A stretch of 64,000 nt of DNA from Deltaproteobacteria bacterium (GTDB lineage Bacteria; Myxococcota_A; Polyangia; Polyangiales; Houyiibacteriaceae): contig JAXMNT010000017.1 in NCBI GenBank assembly GCA_034670305.1, positions 81,669-145,668 on the forward strand, written 5' to 3'. The position numbers and the translations under genes were made by a program. The notes under the pieces were generated by a model, which saw nothing but the letters and a program-made list of their open reading frames with translations, had not been told where the DNA came from and ran no database searches. Below, piece by piece: positions 38,859-49,321 of this stretch; the stretch's first letter is position 1, and each line of letters opens with the position of its first letter.

Positions 38859-38964
38859 CAGGCTGCGGAAGACGCCCGCAGGGCGTTCTCGCAGCCTGCC
38901 CCTTGCCCCTGCCCTCGCCTTTGCCCTTGCCCGCGGATCAGCGGTCAGATCGCGCGACGAGCAT
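38856..38964. mobile_element. Partial (left-end) copy of the MITE
   Basis: Near-identical to about 28865-28984; begins at the NUDIX TAG stop. Confidence 0.8.
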
Positions 38965-39045
38965 CTGGTCTCGGAGGTGAGCACGGCCTCGCGGGAGCTG
39001 CTCGGCGATGAGGTCGCAGGCGTCGAGGGCCTCGAGCGCTCGTCG

Positions 39046-39120
39046 ATCGGCTTCGGGGTCGGCTTCGGCTTTCGGCGTCGGCTTCGGCTTCGGCGTCGGC
39101 TCCGGGGTCGGCTTCGGTCT
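39046..39120. repeat. TCGGNN hexamer array
   Basis: Tandem hexamers. Confidence 0.85.
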
Positions 39121-39189
39121 TCAACCACCCCAAACGCAGAAAATCGCCCTCACCGGATGGCGAGGACGACCTTCGAAGTACCGGAAGAA

Positions 39190-39591
39190 CTACTTCTTCT
39201 TCGGCTTCTGGGAGCGGATGACGTCTTCCGCACCGTGCGAGCGGCTCGCGCGGAGGCGGGCCTTCTTGCCGCGCAGGTCGCGGAGGTAGTAGAGGCGCGC
39301 CTGGCGGACGTGGCCGCGGGCGGTGATCTCCACCTTTTCGATGCGCGGCGAGTGCACCGGGAAGATGCGCTCGACGCCGACGCTGTAGGAGACCTTCCGG
39401 ACGGTGAACGTCGCGCGGGAGCTCTCTCCACGGCGGCGGATCACGACGCCCTCGAAGACCTGGACACGCTCTTTCTCACCCTCACGGATGCGGAAGTGAA
39501 CGCGGACGGTGTCACCAACCCGGAACTCGAGAACGTCGGGGTTCAGCTGCGCGGATTCGATGGCGGTGATTTGGGGGACGGTGCTGCTCAT
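39190..39591 (-). CDS. rplS: 50S ribosomal protein L19
   Basis: [46 protein letters not shown]. Confidence 0.97.
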   Translation of the reverse strand: MSSTVPQITAIESAQLNPDVLEFRVGDTVRVHFRIREGEKERVQVFEGVVIRRRGESSRATFTVRKVSYSVGVERIFPVHSPRIEKVEITARGHVRQARLYYLRDLRGKKARLRASRSHGAEDVIRSQKPKKK

Positions 39592-39706
39592 GGGACTGTC
39601 TTTGTTGGGGGCCCGCAAAGAGGAGGGGCCGGTTCGCGCAAAAGGTGCTGCGAGGGACGCGGTCCGTAGCATGGCCGGCCCGCGGTGCCAACCCGCTTTG
39701 TACCCC

Positions 39707-40498
39707 TCAATCCAGGCGAATCGTCCGGGAGAAGACCTCGTACCTCGAGTCGGTCTGGGTGAAGACCTCCAGGAGCACCGGTTCGGTGGGGTCGGGTCGG
39801 GGATCGGTCGGCCCGGCCACCCGCACATCCAGCCGGTAGCTCGAGTCCGCCCCGTCGCTCAGCATGGTTCGGTTCGGATCCCGGACCGTCTCCACGGTGC
39901 CCAGCGTAGGACCGGTCAGTCGCGCCCACACGAGCGTGCATGTGAAGCTGTCGCCGTACGCCCTCGGGTCCAGGACCAACTCGACGAACAAGCCGTCCGT
40001 GTCGCACTGGAGCGGCAAGACCTCGTCTTCGGCCACCAACCGGGTGGGGTCGGATGCTGGGCCCACGCCATCGGCGCGCTCCACGGGGCCCCCCACCGGG
40101 TCCGGGAACGCCGGCGCGCACTCGTTGCCCGGATCGTGGGGGGCGAAACACGCCGGTCCTCCGTCGCGTGGACCTGCGTCGATCGGGCCCCCGTCCGAAG
40201 GGCCGCCGTCGATTCGGTCGCCGCAGGCCTCGATGAAATGGCGGCACACGTCGTCGGGGAGGTCCGACGCGTCGTCGTGCTCTCGGTCCCCACACACGAC
40301 CCCGCTGTCGAGTTCCACCCGGCTCGGGAATTCGGGGGGACACTCGAAGCCGCCCCGCACGACGATGTAGACGCAGTAGCGGCCGGTCCCGCCCACCTCC
40401 GCCACCCCTTCCGTCGGGCAGGCGTGGAGCATGGGCTCACTTCCGTTGCACGCTCCGAGAACCCCCAGCACCACCGCCACAATTGCTGTTCTTTTCAT
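39707..40498 (-). CDS. Cys-containing hypothetical lipoprotein
   Basis: [17 protein letters not shown] lipoprotein signal. Confidence 0.7.
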   Translation of the reverse strand: MKRTAIVAVVLGVLGACNGSEPMLHACPTEGVAEVGGTGRYCVYIVVRGGFECPPEFPSRVELDSGVVCGDREHDDASDLPDDVCRHFIEACGDRIDGGPSDGGPIDAGPRDGGPACFAPHDPGNECAPAFPDPVGGPVERADGVGPASDPTRLVAEDEVLPLQCDTDGLFVELVLDPRAYGDSFTCTLVWARLTGPTLGTVETVRDPNRTMLSDGADSSYRLDVRVAGPTDPRPDPTEPVLLEVFTQTDSRYEVFSRTIRLD

Positions 40499-40553
40499 GA
40501 GTTCCACTCTGGCGGTGCGACCGATGCACTTCAATCCATCCGGACGAATTACC

Positions 40554-40571
40554 GGTGCAACTCACTGCACC
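40554..40571. promoter_or_regulatory. Operator-like inverted repeat GGTGCA-N6-TGCACC
   Basis: Perfect palindrome; related site GGTGCG-N5-TGCACT at 40514-40530. Confidence 0.45.
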
Positions 40572-40582
40572 CCGCTGACGGA

Positions 40583-41305
40583 TCAGAGGCGCTGAGGTCG
40601 AGTGGTGGCGCAGAACACCACCGATGCTTCGATCGCATCGTCTTTCGATTCGGCCCGCGCGTCGGCCTCGATCACCAACCGCTCGAGGTGTTCGTACGCT
40701 TGCTTTGCGAGGGCTGGGAGCTCGTCTGAAGCCACCGAGAACGTCAGCACCCGCGCCATGGACGCATCGTCCGAGGGCACGAAGAACCGCTGAAAGATGG
40801 TCTGGGTGACGACCTCCAGCAGGTGACGCAGCGAGCTGAATCGCTGATCGAAGTCGCCGCCCAAGAGATCCAGAAGCGCGGCGCGCACTCGGATCGATGT
40901 GCCCTCGCGCTCGAGCAGTTGATCCTCCAACAACGACTCCAGCTCGGCCGAAAACTCCGGGTGGGCCCGAACTCGCACGCTGAACTCGGCTTCCGTGGTG
41001 GCGGTCGTCGCTGCTTCACGAACGATCCGGCGGCGCAGTTCCAGCCGCTCCGATTGCGGCAAGGGCGCGTTCTCCGCCGCGGACTTGGCGAGCGTCGCCA
41101 CGGTCCGTCGGCTCTTACCCAGTCGGCGCGCCATCTGCTCCCAGCTCAGACCGCGCTTCTTGAGAAGCTGGAAGTACCCGCGGTCGAGCGAGTTGCGAAC
41201 GTCGTCGAGCGACATGCCCGTGTGGCGCGCGAGGGTGGCGACCGGTTCGAGGAGCGCTTCGACGACCCGGATCCGCAGGTCGATCGCGGAAGGTTGGTTG
41301 GCCAT
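40583..41305 (-). CDS. Putative HTH DNA-binding protein (DUF6502-like)
   Basis: ALLEPVATLARHTGMS, HTH-like GLSWEQMARRLGKSRRTVATL, winged-helix-like ELESLLEDQLLEREG. Confidence 0.55.
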   Translation of the reverse strand: MANQPSAIDLRIRVVEALLEPVATLARHTGMSLDDVRNSLDRGYFQLLKKRGLSWEQMARRLGKSRRTVATLAKSAAENAPLPQSERLELRRRIVREAATTATTEAEFSVRVRAHPEFSAELESLLEDQLLEREGTSIRVRAALLDLLGGDFDQRFSSLRHLLEVVTQTIFQRFFVPSDDASMARVLTFSVASDELPALAKQAYEHLERLVIEADARAESKDDAIEASVVFCATTRPQRL

Positions 41306-41379
41306 GCCGCGAGTCTATCGCTGCGTTGGGCGTCGTCTCCCGAGTTCCGCCCCACCGCTCAGGTTTCCAGCCCTCAGAG

Positions 41380-41934
41380 TCACTCCCCGACGAGGCGGTC
41401 GAGGGTGATCGCGACCGCGGACCGGACGCTGAGGTGGTTCCAGCGGCCCGCGCGGATGGGGGCGAGCACCGCGTCGACGCTCGAGAGCACCTCGTCGGCC
41501 AAGCCGTGGCCGGTGCCGAAGAGCAGGAGCGTGGGCTGGGTCTGGGTTTCGAGCTGCGCCCTCCCCTCGGCCCAGCCGATCACGGGATGGTCGCCGCTGG
41601 CCGCGGTGGCGAGGATCCGGGGCGCCTGCCCTTCCCGCTCGGTGATGTCGGCGACCGCGTCGGACACGAGCGCGACGCAGCGGGCGCGGGCCAGTGCTTC
41701 GACGCGCTTCGGGACCCGGAACCGGCCGTCGCCTTCGGTCCAGTGGGTGAGGATGTGGTCGACCACCGCGCGCTGGGCGGTGATGGGGTTGACCAAGTAC
41801 GTCGCCTTCACGTCGAACGCGCGCGCGCTGCGCGGGAGGTCGTGCACGTCGAGGTTCGTGACCGAGGTCGTGATGGTCGCGCCGGTCTTGTCCTTGATCG
41901 GGTAGTGCACGAGCGCGATGTAGAGGGGGCTCAC
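41380..41934 (-). CDS. SPOUT-class RNA methyltransferase (TrmD-associated, DUF2168-like)
   Basis: YIALVHYPI, TTSVTNLDVHD, LLFGTGHGL, WNHLSVRSAVAITLDRL. Confidence 0.9.
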   Translation of the reverse strand: MSPLYIALVHYPIKDKTGATITTSVTNLDVHDLPRSARAFDVKATYLVNPITAQRAVVDHILTHWTEGDGRFRVPKRVEALARARCVALVSDAVADITEREGQAPRILATAASGDHPVIGWAEGRAQLETQTQPTLLLFGTGHGLADEVLSSVDAVLAPIRAGRWNHLSVRSAVAITLDRLVGE

Positions 41935-42689
41935 GTGGAGGTCTTTCGTTCGTCCTGGAGTTCGCGCAGGAGCACGCGGTCGTCGTCGCTCAGTTCGGCG
42001 CGTTCGATCAAATCGGGCCGCCGCTCCATCGTCCTACGGAGCGCTTCTTTGCGGCGCCAGCGTTCGATCTTCGCGTGGTGTCCGCTGAGCAGGATCGGAG
42101 GCACCGACACCCCACGAAACTCAGCCGGGCGGGTGAACTGCGGGTACTCGAGCAGACCGGTCGAATGCGATTCTTCGACCGCCGACTCGCGGTTGCCGAG
42201 CACGCCGGGCACGAGCCGCGCGGTGGCTTCGACCAGGGTCAGCGCCGCCATCTCGCCGCCGAGCAAGACGAAGTCCCCCAGCGAGACCTCTTCGTCGACG
42301 AGACCGCGGATGCGGTCGTCGAACCCCTCGTAGCGTCCGCACACGAGCGTCAGGCATGGCTCGAGCGCGAACCGCTCCGCCATCGACTGCTGGAAGGGTT
42401 GGCCCTGGGGCGTGAGCAGGATGCGTTTGGTGCATCCCGGCGTTCCGTCTGGCTGCACCCGGCGTTCGTCGAGCGCGTCGAGCGCGCTCGCGACCGGCGG
42501 CGCCATCATCACCATGCCGCTGCCACCGCCGTACGGGGTGTCGTCGACCGAGCGGTGTTTGTCGGTCGCGAACTCGCGCGGGTTGATCGCGTCGAGCGTG
42601 ACCAGACCCTGGTCGACGGCTTTGCCGAGCAGTCCGATCTTCAGGGTGTCGAGGAACTCCGGAAAGAGCGTGACGAGCTCGAACCTCAC
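41931..42689 (-). CDS. trmD: tRNA (guanine37-N1)-methyltransferase
   Basis: TLFPE, VDDTPYGGGSGMV, LTPQG, CGRYEGFD, SLGDFVLLGGE, LLEYPQFTRP. Confidence 0.97.
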   Translation of the reverse strand: MRFELVTLFPEFLDTLKIGLLGKAVDQGLVTLDAINPREFATDKHRSVDDTPYGGGSGMVMMAPPVASALDALDERRVQPDGTPGCTKRILLTPQGQPFQQSMAERFALEPCLTLVCGRYEGFDDRIRGLVDEEVSLGDFVLLGGEMAALTLVEATARLVPGVLGNRESAVEESHSTGLLEYPQFTRPAEFRGVSVPPILLSGHHAKIERWRRKEALRRTMERRPDLIERAELSDDDRVLLRELQDERKTST

Positions 42690-43291
42690 CCGTCGATCAC
42701 CGGCAGATCGTCCCAGGCGCCGACGACCAACACGCCTTCTTCGACGTCGATGGCGAGGGTCCACGGCTCCTGGAGCGGGACCTCGCGGATGCCGTCTTCG
42801 CAGACGACCTTCACGCAGGTGGCGGCCGGGTACTCGTAGACCTCTTCGACTTCGCCGACCTCTTCGGGTTCGCCTTCGCCGAGATCCTGGAAGACCAAGA
42901 GGCCCACCAAGTCGCGCAGGTAGAACTCGTCCGGGTCGGGCGGCGGCAGCTCGCTCCGGCGCAGGCACACCTCGTGACCACGAAGTGCCTCGGAGCCCTC
43001 GCGGGTGTTCACCCCTTCGAGCACGAAGATGAGGAACTTCGCCGCGCGGGAGATCTTCTTGACCTTGATCCGGCGCTCTTGGCCCTCGTGCAAGAGCACC
43101 ACGTGGCGCGGTCCATCCCACAGCGGCGACTTCGGGTGGAACGCGTGCACGCGAACGTCGCCCTTGATGCCGTGCGGTTTGATCACGACCCCGAGCGGGA
43201 CGAGTTCGTCCGGATCCGGGCCCGATGGTGCCGGAGCAGGATCCGCGCCGGCCCCCGCGCTCGAAGTGGACTTCGGTTCTTCGGGGGCCAT
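42686..43291 (-). CDS. rimM: Ribosome maturation factor RimM
   Basis: GVVIKPHGIKG, EFYLRDLVGL; position in the operon. Confidence 0.93.
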   Translation of the reverse strand: MAPEEPKSTSSAGAGADPAPAPSGPDPDELVPLGVVIKPHGIKGDVRVHAFHPKSPLWDGPRHVVLLHEGQERRIKVKKISRAAKFLIFVLEGVNTREGSEALRGHEVCLRRSELPPPDPDEFYLRDLVGLLVFQDLGEGEPEEVGEVEEVYEYPAATCVKVVCEDGIREVPLQEPWTLAIDVEEGVLVVGAWDDLPVIDG

Positions 43292-43301
43292 GCGCGGCGC
43301 G

Positions 43302-43532
43302 CTACTCGAGGATTTCGAGGATGGCGCGCTTGCGGCTGCGTGCCGACATCGTGCTCAAGAGGGTGCGCATCGCACGGGCGGTGCGGCCTTCTTTGCCGAT
43401 GACCTTGCCGAGGTCGTCTTCGGCGACCGTCAGCTCGATGACGTGCGCACGGTCGCCATCGACGACGGCGACTTCGACCTGATCGGGATCGTCCACCAGC
43501 GCCTTGGCGAGAAAGGAGACGAGCTCCGTCAT
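43302..43532 (-). CDS. khpA: KH-domain RNA-binding protein KhpA
   Basis: LVDDPDQV, DLGKVIGKEGRTARAMRTLL; alternative TTG start at 43550. Confidence 0.92.
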   Translation of the reverse strand: MTELVSFLAKALVDDPDQVEVAVVDGDRAHVIELTVAEDDLGKVIGKEGRTARAMRTLLSTMSARSRKRAILEILE

Positions 43533-43546
43533 CGCTTCGACGTGGG

Positions 43547-43807
43547 TCAAGACTCGACCGTCGGGGTGGGAAGCTTGAGGTGGTCGCGCATGAGCTTGTT
43601 CACGCGGGTGCTGGTCTTGGCGCCGACGCTCAACCAGTAGCCGATGCGCGCATGGTCGACCTTCGCCTCGGCGAGGGGCCGGGCGGGGTCGTAGTGACCG
43701 ACCTGCTCGATGAAACGACCGTCGCGGGCGCTGCTCTTGTCGGTGACGACGATGTGGTAAAACGGGCGCCGTTTGGAGCCGCCGCGGGAGAGTCGAATCT
43801 TGACCAT
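43547..43807 (-). CDS. rpsP: 30S ribosomal protein S16
   Basis: MVKIRLSRGGSKRRPFYHIVV, RDGRFIEQVGHYDP, WLSVGA. Confidence 0.97.
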   Translation of the reverse strand: MVKIRLSRGGSKRRPFYHIVVTDKSSARDGRFIEQVGHYDPARPLAEAKVDHARIGYWLSVGAKTSTRVNKLMRDHLKLPTPTVES

Positions 43808-43968
43808 GGTTGTTTCCTTGTCCGGACCTGGTTGGGTCCGTGAAGTGCCCGGGTGGGCGTGGAGAGGCGGCACAACGCGCGCCAATCCAGAATCGTGGGG
43901 TGGCCGAAAAGGCCGTCGAGGCCGCGGAACCTAACCCCGCCCGCCAATCGAGGCAAGCCGAGGGCCCT

Positions 43969-44108
43969 GCGAGACAGTGGCAGAGACAGCGGCAGAGACA
44001 GCGGCAGAGACAGCGGCAGAGACAGCGGCAGAGACAGCGGCAGAGACAGCGGCAGAGACAGCGGCAGAGACAGCGGCAGCAGCAGCAGCAGCAGCAGAGA
44101 CAGCGGCA
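43969..44108. repeat. (GGCAGAGACAGC)n 12-mer array with (GCA)n insert
   Basis: Tandem repeat. Confidence 0.93.
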
Positions 44109-44116
44109 GGGTCAGG

Positions 44117-44234
44117 TCGGCTTCGGTGTCGGCCTCGGGGTCGGCTTCGGCTTCGGCTTCGGGGTCGGCTTCGGGGTCGGCTTCGGGGTCGGCTTCGGCT
44201 TCGGCTTCGGCGTCGGCGTCGGCTTCGGCTTCGG
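44117..44234. repeat. TCGGNN hexamer array
   Basis: Tandem hexamers. Confidence 0.9.
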
Positions 44235-44255
44235 TCAGCGGTCAGCGGTCAGTCG

Positions 44256-44726
44256 TCAGCCTGCGTCCGCGAGGATGACGTCGAGCACTTTCTGGGCATG
44301 GCCCTTGGAGGTCGCCCGCTTCCAGTGTTTCACCACTTTGCCGTCCGGTCCGATGAGCACGGTCGAGCGGATGACGCCGACGGTCTTCTTGCCGTACATG
44401 TTCTTCTCGCCCCAGGCGCCGTACTTCTCCATGACCTTGCCGTCCGTGTCGCTCAAGAGCGCCACCGTCAGCTTCTCTTTGTCGCGGAACTTGCAATGGG
44501 TCTCGACCGAGTCCTTGCTGATCCCGAAGACGATGGCGTTGGCCTTCTCGAACTTCTTCTTCAGCGCGGTGAACTCGGTCGCCTGGATGGTGCAGCCCGG
44601 CGTCATGTCCTTCGGGTAGAAGTAGACGACGACGTATTTGCCCTTCTGGTCCGTGAGTTTGACCTTCGATCCGTCGTAGGTCGGGAGCGTGAACGCGGGG
44701 GGCTTTTTGCCAACTTCGATGGGCAT
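44256..44726 (-). CDS. bcp: Peroxiredoxin Bcp/PrxQ
   Basis: YFYPKDMTPGCTIQA, GISKD, RSTVLIG. Confidence 0.93.
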   Translation of the reverse strand: MPIEVGKKPPAFTLPTYDGSKVKLTDQKGKYVVVYFYPKDMTPGCTIQATEFTALKKKFEKANAIVFGISKDSVETHCKFRDKEKLTVALLSDTDGKVMEKYGAWGEKNMYGKKTVGVIRSTVLIGPDGKVVKHWKRATSKGHAQKVLDVILADAG

Positions 44727-44785
44727 GATCTGGGTTCCTTGCAGGGTCAGGCCGGACGCGCCGGCGGGTTCAAAGTCTCAGGGCT

Positions 44786-45631
44786 TCAGGAGCGCGCGAA
44801 CGCAGCCTGGACCGTGTTGGAGAGCAGCATGGCGATGGTCATCGGGCCGACGCCGCCGGGGACGGGCGTGATGTGTCCGGCGCGCGCTTCCGCCGAGGCG
44901 TAGTCGACGTCGCCCGCCAACGTCCCGTCGTCGAGCCGGTTGATGCCGACGTCGATGACGACCGCGCCTTCTTTGAGCCACTCGCCGCGCACGAGACCCG
45001 CGCGGCCGACCGCCGCGACGACCACATCGGCTTCGGCGACACGCGCCGCGAGGTCCGCGGTTCGGGAGTGGGCCATGGTCACCGTCGCGTTGGCGGCCAG
45101 CAGCATCAGCGCGATCGGCTTTCCGACCAGCAGGCTGCGCCCAATGACGAGCGCGCGTTTGCCGTTCAAGTCGAGGCCGGTCTCCGCGATGAGCCGCATG
45201 CAGCCGCTGGGTGTGCACGGACGAAGGCCGTGGCGGCCGTCCATCAACAGACCCGCACTGACCGGCGTGAGTCCGTCGACGTCCTTGCTCGGATCGATGC
45301 GGTCGAGCACTGCCTGGGCGTCGAGTCCATCCGGCAGGGGCAGCTGCACGAGGATGCCGTCGATGTCCGGCGCGTCGTTGAGCTTGGTGACCAGCGCTTC
45401 GAGGTCTGTCTGGGAGACGTCGGCGGGCAGCCGGTGCACCTCCCCTGCGATCTCGCACTTCTTCGCGGAGCGTTCTTTGTTGCGCACGTAGACCTGCGAG
45501 GCCGGGTCGTCGCCGACGAGCACCACGTGCAGGCCGGGCTTGCGGCCGTGCTTCTTCGCGAAGGCTTCCGCCTCCGTTTTCACTTCCGCCCGCACCGTCT
45601 TGGCGAGGGCTTTGCCATCGAGTCGTGCCAT
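44786..45631 (-). CDS. folD: Methylenetetrahydrofolate dehydrogenase/cyclohydrolase
   Basis: [54 protein letters not shown]. Confidence 0.97.
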   Translation of the reverse strand: MARLDGKALAKTVRAEVKTEAEAFAKKHGRKPGLHVVLVGDDPASQVYVRNKERSAKKCEIAGEVHRLPADVSQTDLEALVTKLNDAPDIDGILVQLPLPDGLDAQAVLDRIDPSKDVDGLTPVSAGLLMDGRHGLRPCTPSGCMRLIAETGLDLNGKRALVIGRSLLVGKPIALMLLAANATVTMAHSRTADLAARVAEADVVVAAVGRAGLVRGEWLKEGAVVIDVGINRLDDGTLAGDVDYASAEARAGHITPVPGGVGPMTIAMLLSNTVQAAFARS

Positions 45632-45707
45632 GGCCGGGGCGATACCACAGCGGGGGGAAGGCGTCAGCCGGGCATGTGATCCCGTGCCCTCACCGCGGTG
45701 CCCAAAC

Positions 45708-45905
45708 GTGCCCTTGCCCGTGCCCTTGCCCGTGCCCTCAAGGCACGAAACCGACCCCGAAGGCGACTCCGAAGCCGACCCCGAATCCGACCCCGAATCC
45801 GACCCCGAAGCCGACCCCGAAGCCGACCCCGAATCCGACCCCGAAGCCGACCCCGAAGCCGACCCCGAAGCCGACACCGAAGCCGACACCGAAGCCGACC
45901 CCGAA
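45708..45905. repeat. Short (GCCCTT/GCCCGT)n tract followed by a (CCGACCCCGAAG)n array
   Basis: Tandem hexamers between ileS and folD. Confidence 0.9.
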
Positions 45906-45920
45906 CGATTGGATCGCGGT

Positions 45921-48900
45921 TCAGGCGGGGGTGATGCTCAGGCCGAGGTCGGCTTCTCCGACCGCGTCCGTGCGCTCGACGTCGCCCTTCGCGAACGAGG
46001 TCGCGAGGGTCTCTTTGGCGATGGTGGCCTTGTGTTCGTCGATGGCGGCGGCGAGTTCGCCTTCCGCGCTCCACTGCACTGCGATGCGGGCTTCGAAGGC
46101 GAGGTCCAGGTCCTTGCGCATCTTCTGGATCCGGCTCGTGACCTCACGGGCCAACCCAGCACGCACGAGGGCGGGCGTGAGCGTCGTGTCGAGCACCACG
46201 ACGTGTCCGCCTTCGGCGGAGGCGGCGAACCCTTCTTTGGCGGCGAGCCGGATCTCGACGTCGTCGGGGCCGAGTTCGATCGCGCCGCTCGGCAGGTCGA
46301 CGCTGATCGATCCGCCCTTCGAGAGCACCGCGTACATCGCGCCCGCGTCCGCTCGGGCGAGCGCCTTCTTGCACGCGGGCACTTCTTTGCCGAGGCGCGG
46401 TCCGAGCGCGCGGAAGTTCGGCAGGAGCTGGAACGTCACGTACTTGGCCGGCTCCTCGCTCATCGTGATGGTCTCCACGTTGAGCTCTTCGCGGATGGCG
46501 TCCGCAAACCGTTCGATCGCGGCGCGCTCGGCTTCGGTCGCGACCACCACGATGGCTTCGCCGAGCGGCTGCCGGACCTTGAGTTTGTTCTCGTTTCGCA
46601 CCCGCTGACCGGCCGCGACGACCTGGCGGGTGAGCGCGACCGCTTCGCGCAGCGCTTCGTCCGCGTGTGCGTCGTTCGGCTCGGGGAACGAGGTCAGGTG
46701 CACCGACTCGGCTTCGCCGAGCATCGAGGTCAGGTTGCGGAAGATCTCTTCCATCGTGAACGGCACGAACGGCGCGGCGAGTTTCGAGACCCCGACCAGC
46801 ACCTCGTACAGCGTGGCGAACGCGGCTTGTTTGTCGGTCGCGTCCCCTTCCGCCCAAAAACGCGAGCGGGAACGGCGCACGTACCAATTGCTCAGCCCAT
46901 CGACGAGCGACTGGATGTGCCGCACCGCGAGGTACGCGCGGTAGCCATCGAGCTCGTAGCGCACGTTGCGCACCGCGTGATCGAGCTCCGCGAGGATCCA
47001 CCGATCCATGTCGCTCCGCTCCGCGACCGGCACCCGATCGGCGGCCGGATCCCAGCCGTCGATGTTCGCGTAGGTGACGAAGAACGAGTAGCAGTTCCAC
47101 AGCTTGAGCAGGAACTCGCGGGTGGCGTCGGAGATGACACCGGGGTGGAACTTGATGTTCTGTCCCGGCACCGAACCCGAGTAGAGCGCCCAGCGGACCG
47201 CGTCGGCGCCGGTCTCTTCCATGAGCGGCATGGGGTCGGTGTAGTTGCCGCGCGACTTGCTCTCTTTGAAGCCGTCCTTGTCGGTGGTGAACCCGAGCAC
47301 CACGCAGTTGCGGAACGGGTGCGGTTGCTCCGCGCCGTCGTGCAAGAGCGTGCTGATCATCATCTGCGAGTAGAACCAGCCGCGGGTCTGATCGAGCCCT
47401 TCGGTGATGAAGTCGGCCGGGAAGGACCGCTTGAACGCTTCTTCGTTCTGGTGCGGGTACCCCCACTGCGCGAAGGGCATGCAGCCGCTGTCGAACCAGC
47501 AGTCGATCACTTCCGAGACCCGCCGGTAGACGCCCGGTTCGCCGTCCTTGGTCCACGTGATGTCGTCGACCCAGGGTTTGTGCACCTTGAGGTGTTCGCT
47601 GAGCGATGGGTCCTTCTTCTTGGCGGCTTCAAACGGCGCGAACGCGTCCGGGTTGCGCTCGAGGATCTCAGGCACCGAACCCACCACGTCGAGCGTGCCG
47701 GTCTCGTCGTTCACCCAGATCGGCAGCGGCGTGCCCCAGAACCGTTCGCGGCTCAGCGCCCAGTCCACGTTGCCTTCGAGGAACTGACCGAAGCGGCCGT
47801 CCTTGATGTGTTTCGGCTCCCAGTTCACCTGCTGGTTGTTCGCCTTCACGCGATCGATCTCGCGGGTGGTGCGGATGAACCAGCTGTCGCGCGCGTACTG
47901 GATGAGCGGGTCTTCCATGCGGCGCCAGGAGAACGGGTACTCGTGGCGGTAGACCTCTTCTTTGAAGAGGATGCCGCGCTTGCGCAGATCCCGGATGATG
48001 TCGCGGTCCGCTTCTTTGCAGAACCGGCCGGCGAAGTCGGTGACCTCGGGCGGGAAGGTGCCGTCCGGTTTCACGAGCTGCAGAAAACCGAGTCCCTCGG
48101 CTTTGCACGCCGCGAAGTCGTCTTCACCGAACGCTGGCGCGAGGTGCACCATGCCGCTTCCGGTCGAGAGTTCGACGAAGCCCGCTTCGATGACTCGGTA
48201 GGCCTTGCCGGGTTTTCCATCGGCACCCTCGGGCTCCGCGTAGCGGAACGGCGGCTCGTATTCGGCGCCGACCCAGTCGCTGCCCTTCTTGGTCTCGACC
48301 ACTTCGTGTTCGGCGTCGCCGAGCAACTTCGCCCGGAGCGCTTCGGCCATCACGACCTTGGAGCCGTCTTCGAGTTTCACGGTGACGTAGTCGGCCTTCG
48401 CTTTGACCGCGAGCGCGATGTTGGACGGCAGCGTCCACGGCGTCGTGGTCCACGCGAGGAAGCTCGTGTTCTCCACGCCGACGACCGGGAAGCGGACCAT
48501 CACCGAGGGGTCGTCGACCTCTTTGTAGCCCTGGCCGACTTCGCCGCTCGAGAGCGCGGTGCCGCCCTGCGGCCACCACCACACGACCTTGTAGCCCTTG
48601 TAGAGCAGGTCTTTTTCGAAGAGGGACTTGAGCGCCCACCACACGCTCTCCACGTAGCTCTGGTGGAAGGTCACGTAGGCGTCGTCGAGGTCGACCCAGA
48701 AGCCGATGCGGCGGCTCATCTTCCGCCACTCGTCGATGTAGACGAAGACCGAGTCGATGCACTTCTTGGAGAACGCTTCGATGCCGTACTCGGCGATCGC
48801 TTCGCGGCCGCTGATGCCGAGCGACTTCTCGACCTCGACCTCGACCGGCAGACCGTGGGTGTCCCAGCCCGCGCGACGGGGCACGTGGTAGCCGCACATG

Positions 48901-49124
48901 CTGCGGTACCGAAGGATGACGTCCTTCGAGACGCGGGTCAGCACGTGGCCGTTGTGCGGCATGCCGTTGGCAGTCGGCGGTCCCTCGAAGAAGACGAAGG
49001 GTTTGCCGCCTGCGTTCTGCTCGATGCTCTTCTCGAAGATCTTCTTCTCGTCCCAGAACGCTTGGGTGCGTTGGTCGAGGGCGGGAAAGGAGACCTGCGG
49101 TGTGACGGGATCGAACGTGGACAT
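45921..49124 (-). CDS. ileS: Isoleucine--tRNA ligase (type 2, eukaryote-like)
   Basis: [73 protein letters not shown]. Confidence 0.97.
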   Translation of the reverse strand: MSTFDPVTPQVSFPALDQRTQAFWDEKKIFEKSIEQNAGGKPFVFFEGPPTANGMPHNGHVLTRVSKDVILRYRSMCGYHVPRRAGWDTHGLPVEVEVEKSLGISGREAIAEYGIEAFSKKCIDSVFVYIDEWRKMSRRIGFWVDLDDAYVTFHQSYVESVWWALKSLFEKDLLYKGYKVVWWWPQGGTALSSGEVGQGYKEVDDPSVMVRFPVVGVENTSFLAWTTTPWTLPSNIALAVKAKADYVTVKLEDGSKVVMAEALRAKLLGDAEHEVVETKKGSDWVGAEYEPPFRYAEPEGADGKPGKAYRVIEAGFVELSTGSGMVHLAPAFGEDDFAACKAEGLGFLQLVKPDGTFPPEVTDFAGRFCKEADRDIIRDLRKRGILFKEEVYRHEYPFSWRRMEDPLIQYARDSWFIRTTREIDRVKANNQQVNWEPKHIKDGRFGQFLEGNVDWALSRERFWGTPLPIWVNDETGTLDVVGSVPEILERNPDAFAPFEAAKKKDPSLSEHLKVHKPWVDDITWTKDGEPGVYRRVSEVIDCWFDSGCMPFAQWGYPHQNEEAFKRSFPADFITEGLDQTRGWFYSQMMISTLLHDGAEQPHPFRNCVVLGFTTDKDGFKESKSRGNYTDPMPLMEETGADAVRWALYSGSVPGQNIKFHPGVISDATREFLLKLWNCYSFFVTYANIDGWDPAADRVPVAERSDMDRWILAELDHAVRNVRYELDGYRAYLAVRHIQSLVDGLSNWYVRRSRSRFWAEGDATDKQAAFATLYEVLVGVSKLAAPFVPFTMEEIFRNLTSMLGEAESVHLTSFPEPNDAHADEALREAVALTRQVVAAGQRVRNENKLKVRQPLGEAIVVVATEAERAAIERFADAIREELNVETITMSEEPAKYVTFQLLPNFRALGPRLGKEVPACKKALARADAGAMYAVLSKGGSISVDLPSGAIELGPDDVEIRLAAKEGFAASAEGGHVVVLDTTLTPALVRAGLAREVTSRIQKMRKDLDLAFEARIAVQWSAEGELAAAIDEHKATIAKETLATSFAKGDVERTDAVGEADLGLSITPA

Positions 49125-49321
49125 TGTCCGCTGCATAACACCGCTCACCGATGATGCGAGCGCCTGATGTCGAGCCCCGAGAGCGCTGTATGCGAGTGTC
49201 CTCCGACCTCGGAATCGTCGGACCCCGTCGGTCTCGCGGCACACGCGGCATGTAGATTGCGTACTCTGGGCGGCGTGGGACGTTGGCACGCGGTGGCACA
49301 GACACCGCTGGGGAGTCGAGG

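Noticed and set aside
43810-43968. ncRNA or tRNA upstream of rpsP
   Set aside because: Only short GC hairpins; no cloverleaf or recognisable RNA family signature.
45540-49154. 1204-aa plus-strand ORF and similar long antisense ORFs (566-3310, 57326-60253, 61376-63889)
   Set aside because: They are shadows of well-supported genes on the opposite strand, typical of high-GC codon bias, and have no motifs.
49294-49309. Sigma54-like site TGGCAC-N7-GC before the Cys-rich lipoprotein
   Set aside because: The -12 element is poor (CCGCT) and the implied start site would cut off the apparent RBS.
49125-49320. T-box riboswitch upstream of ileS
   Set aside because: No UGGNACC T-box motif or terminator/antiterminator is recognisable on the minus strand.
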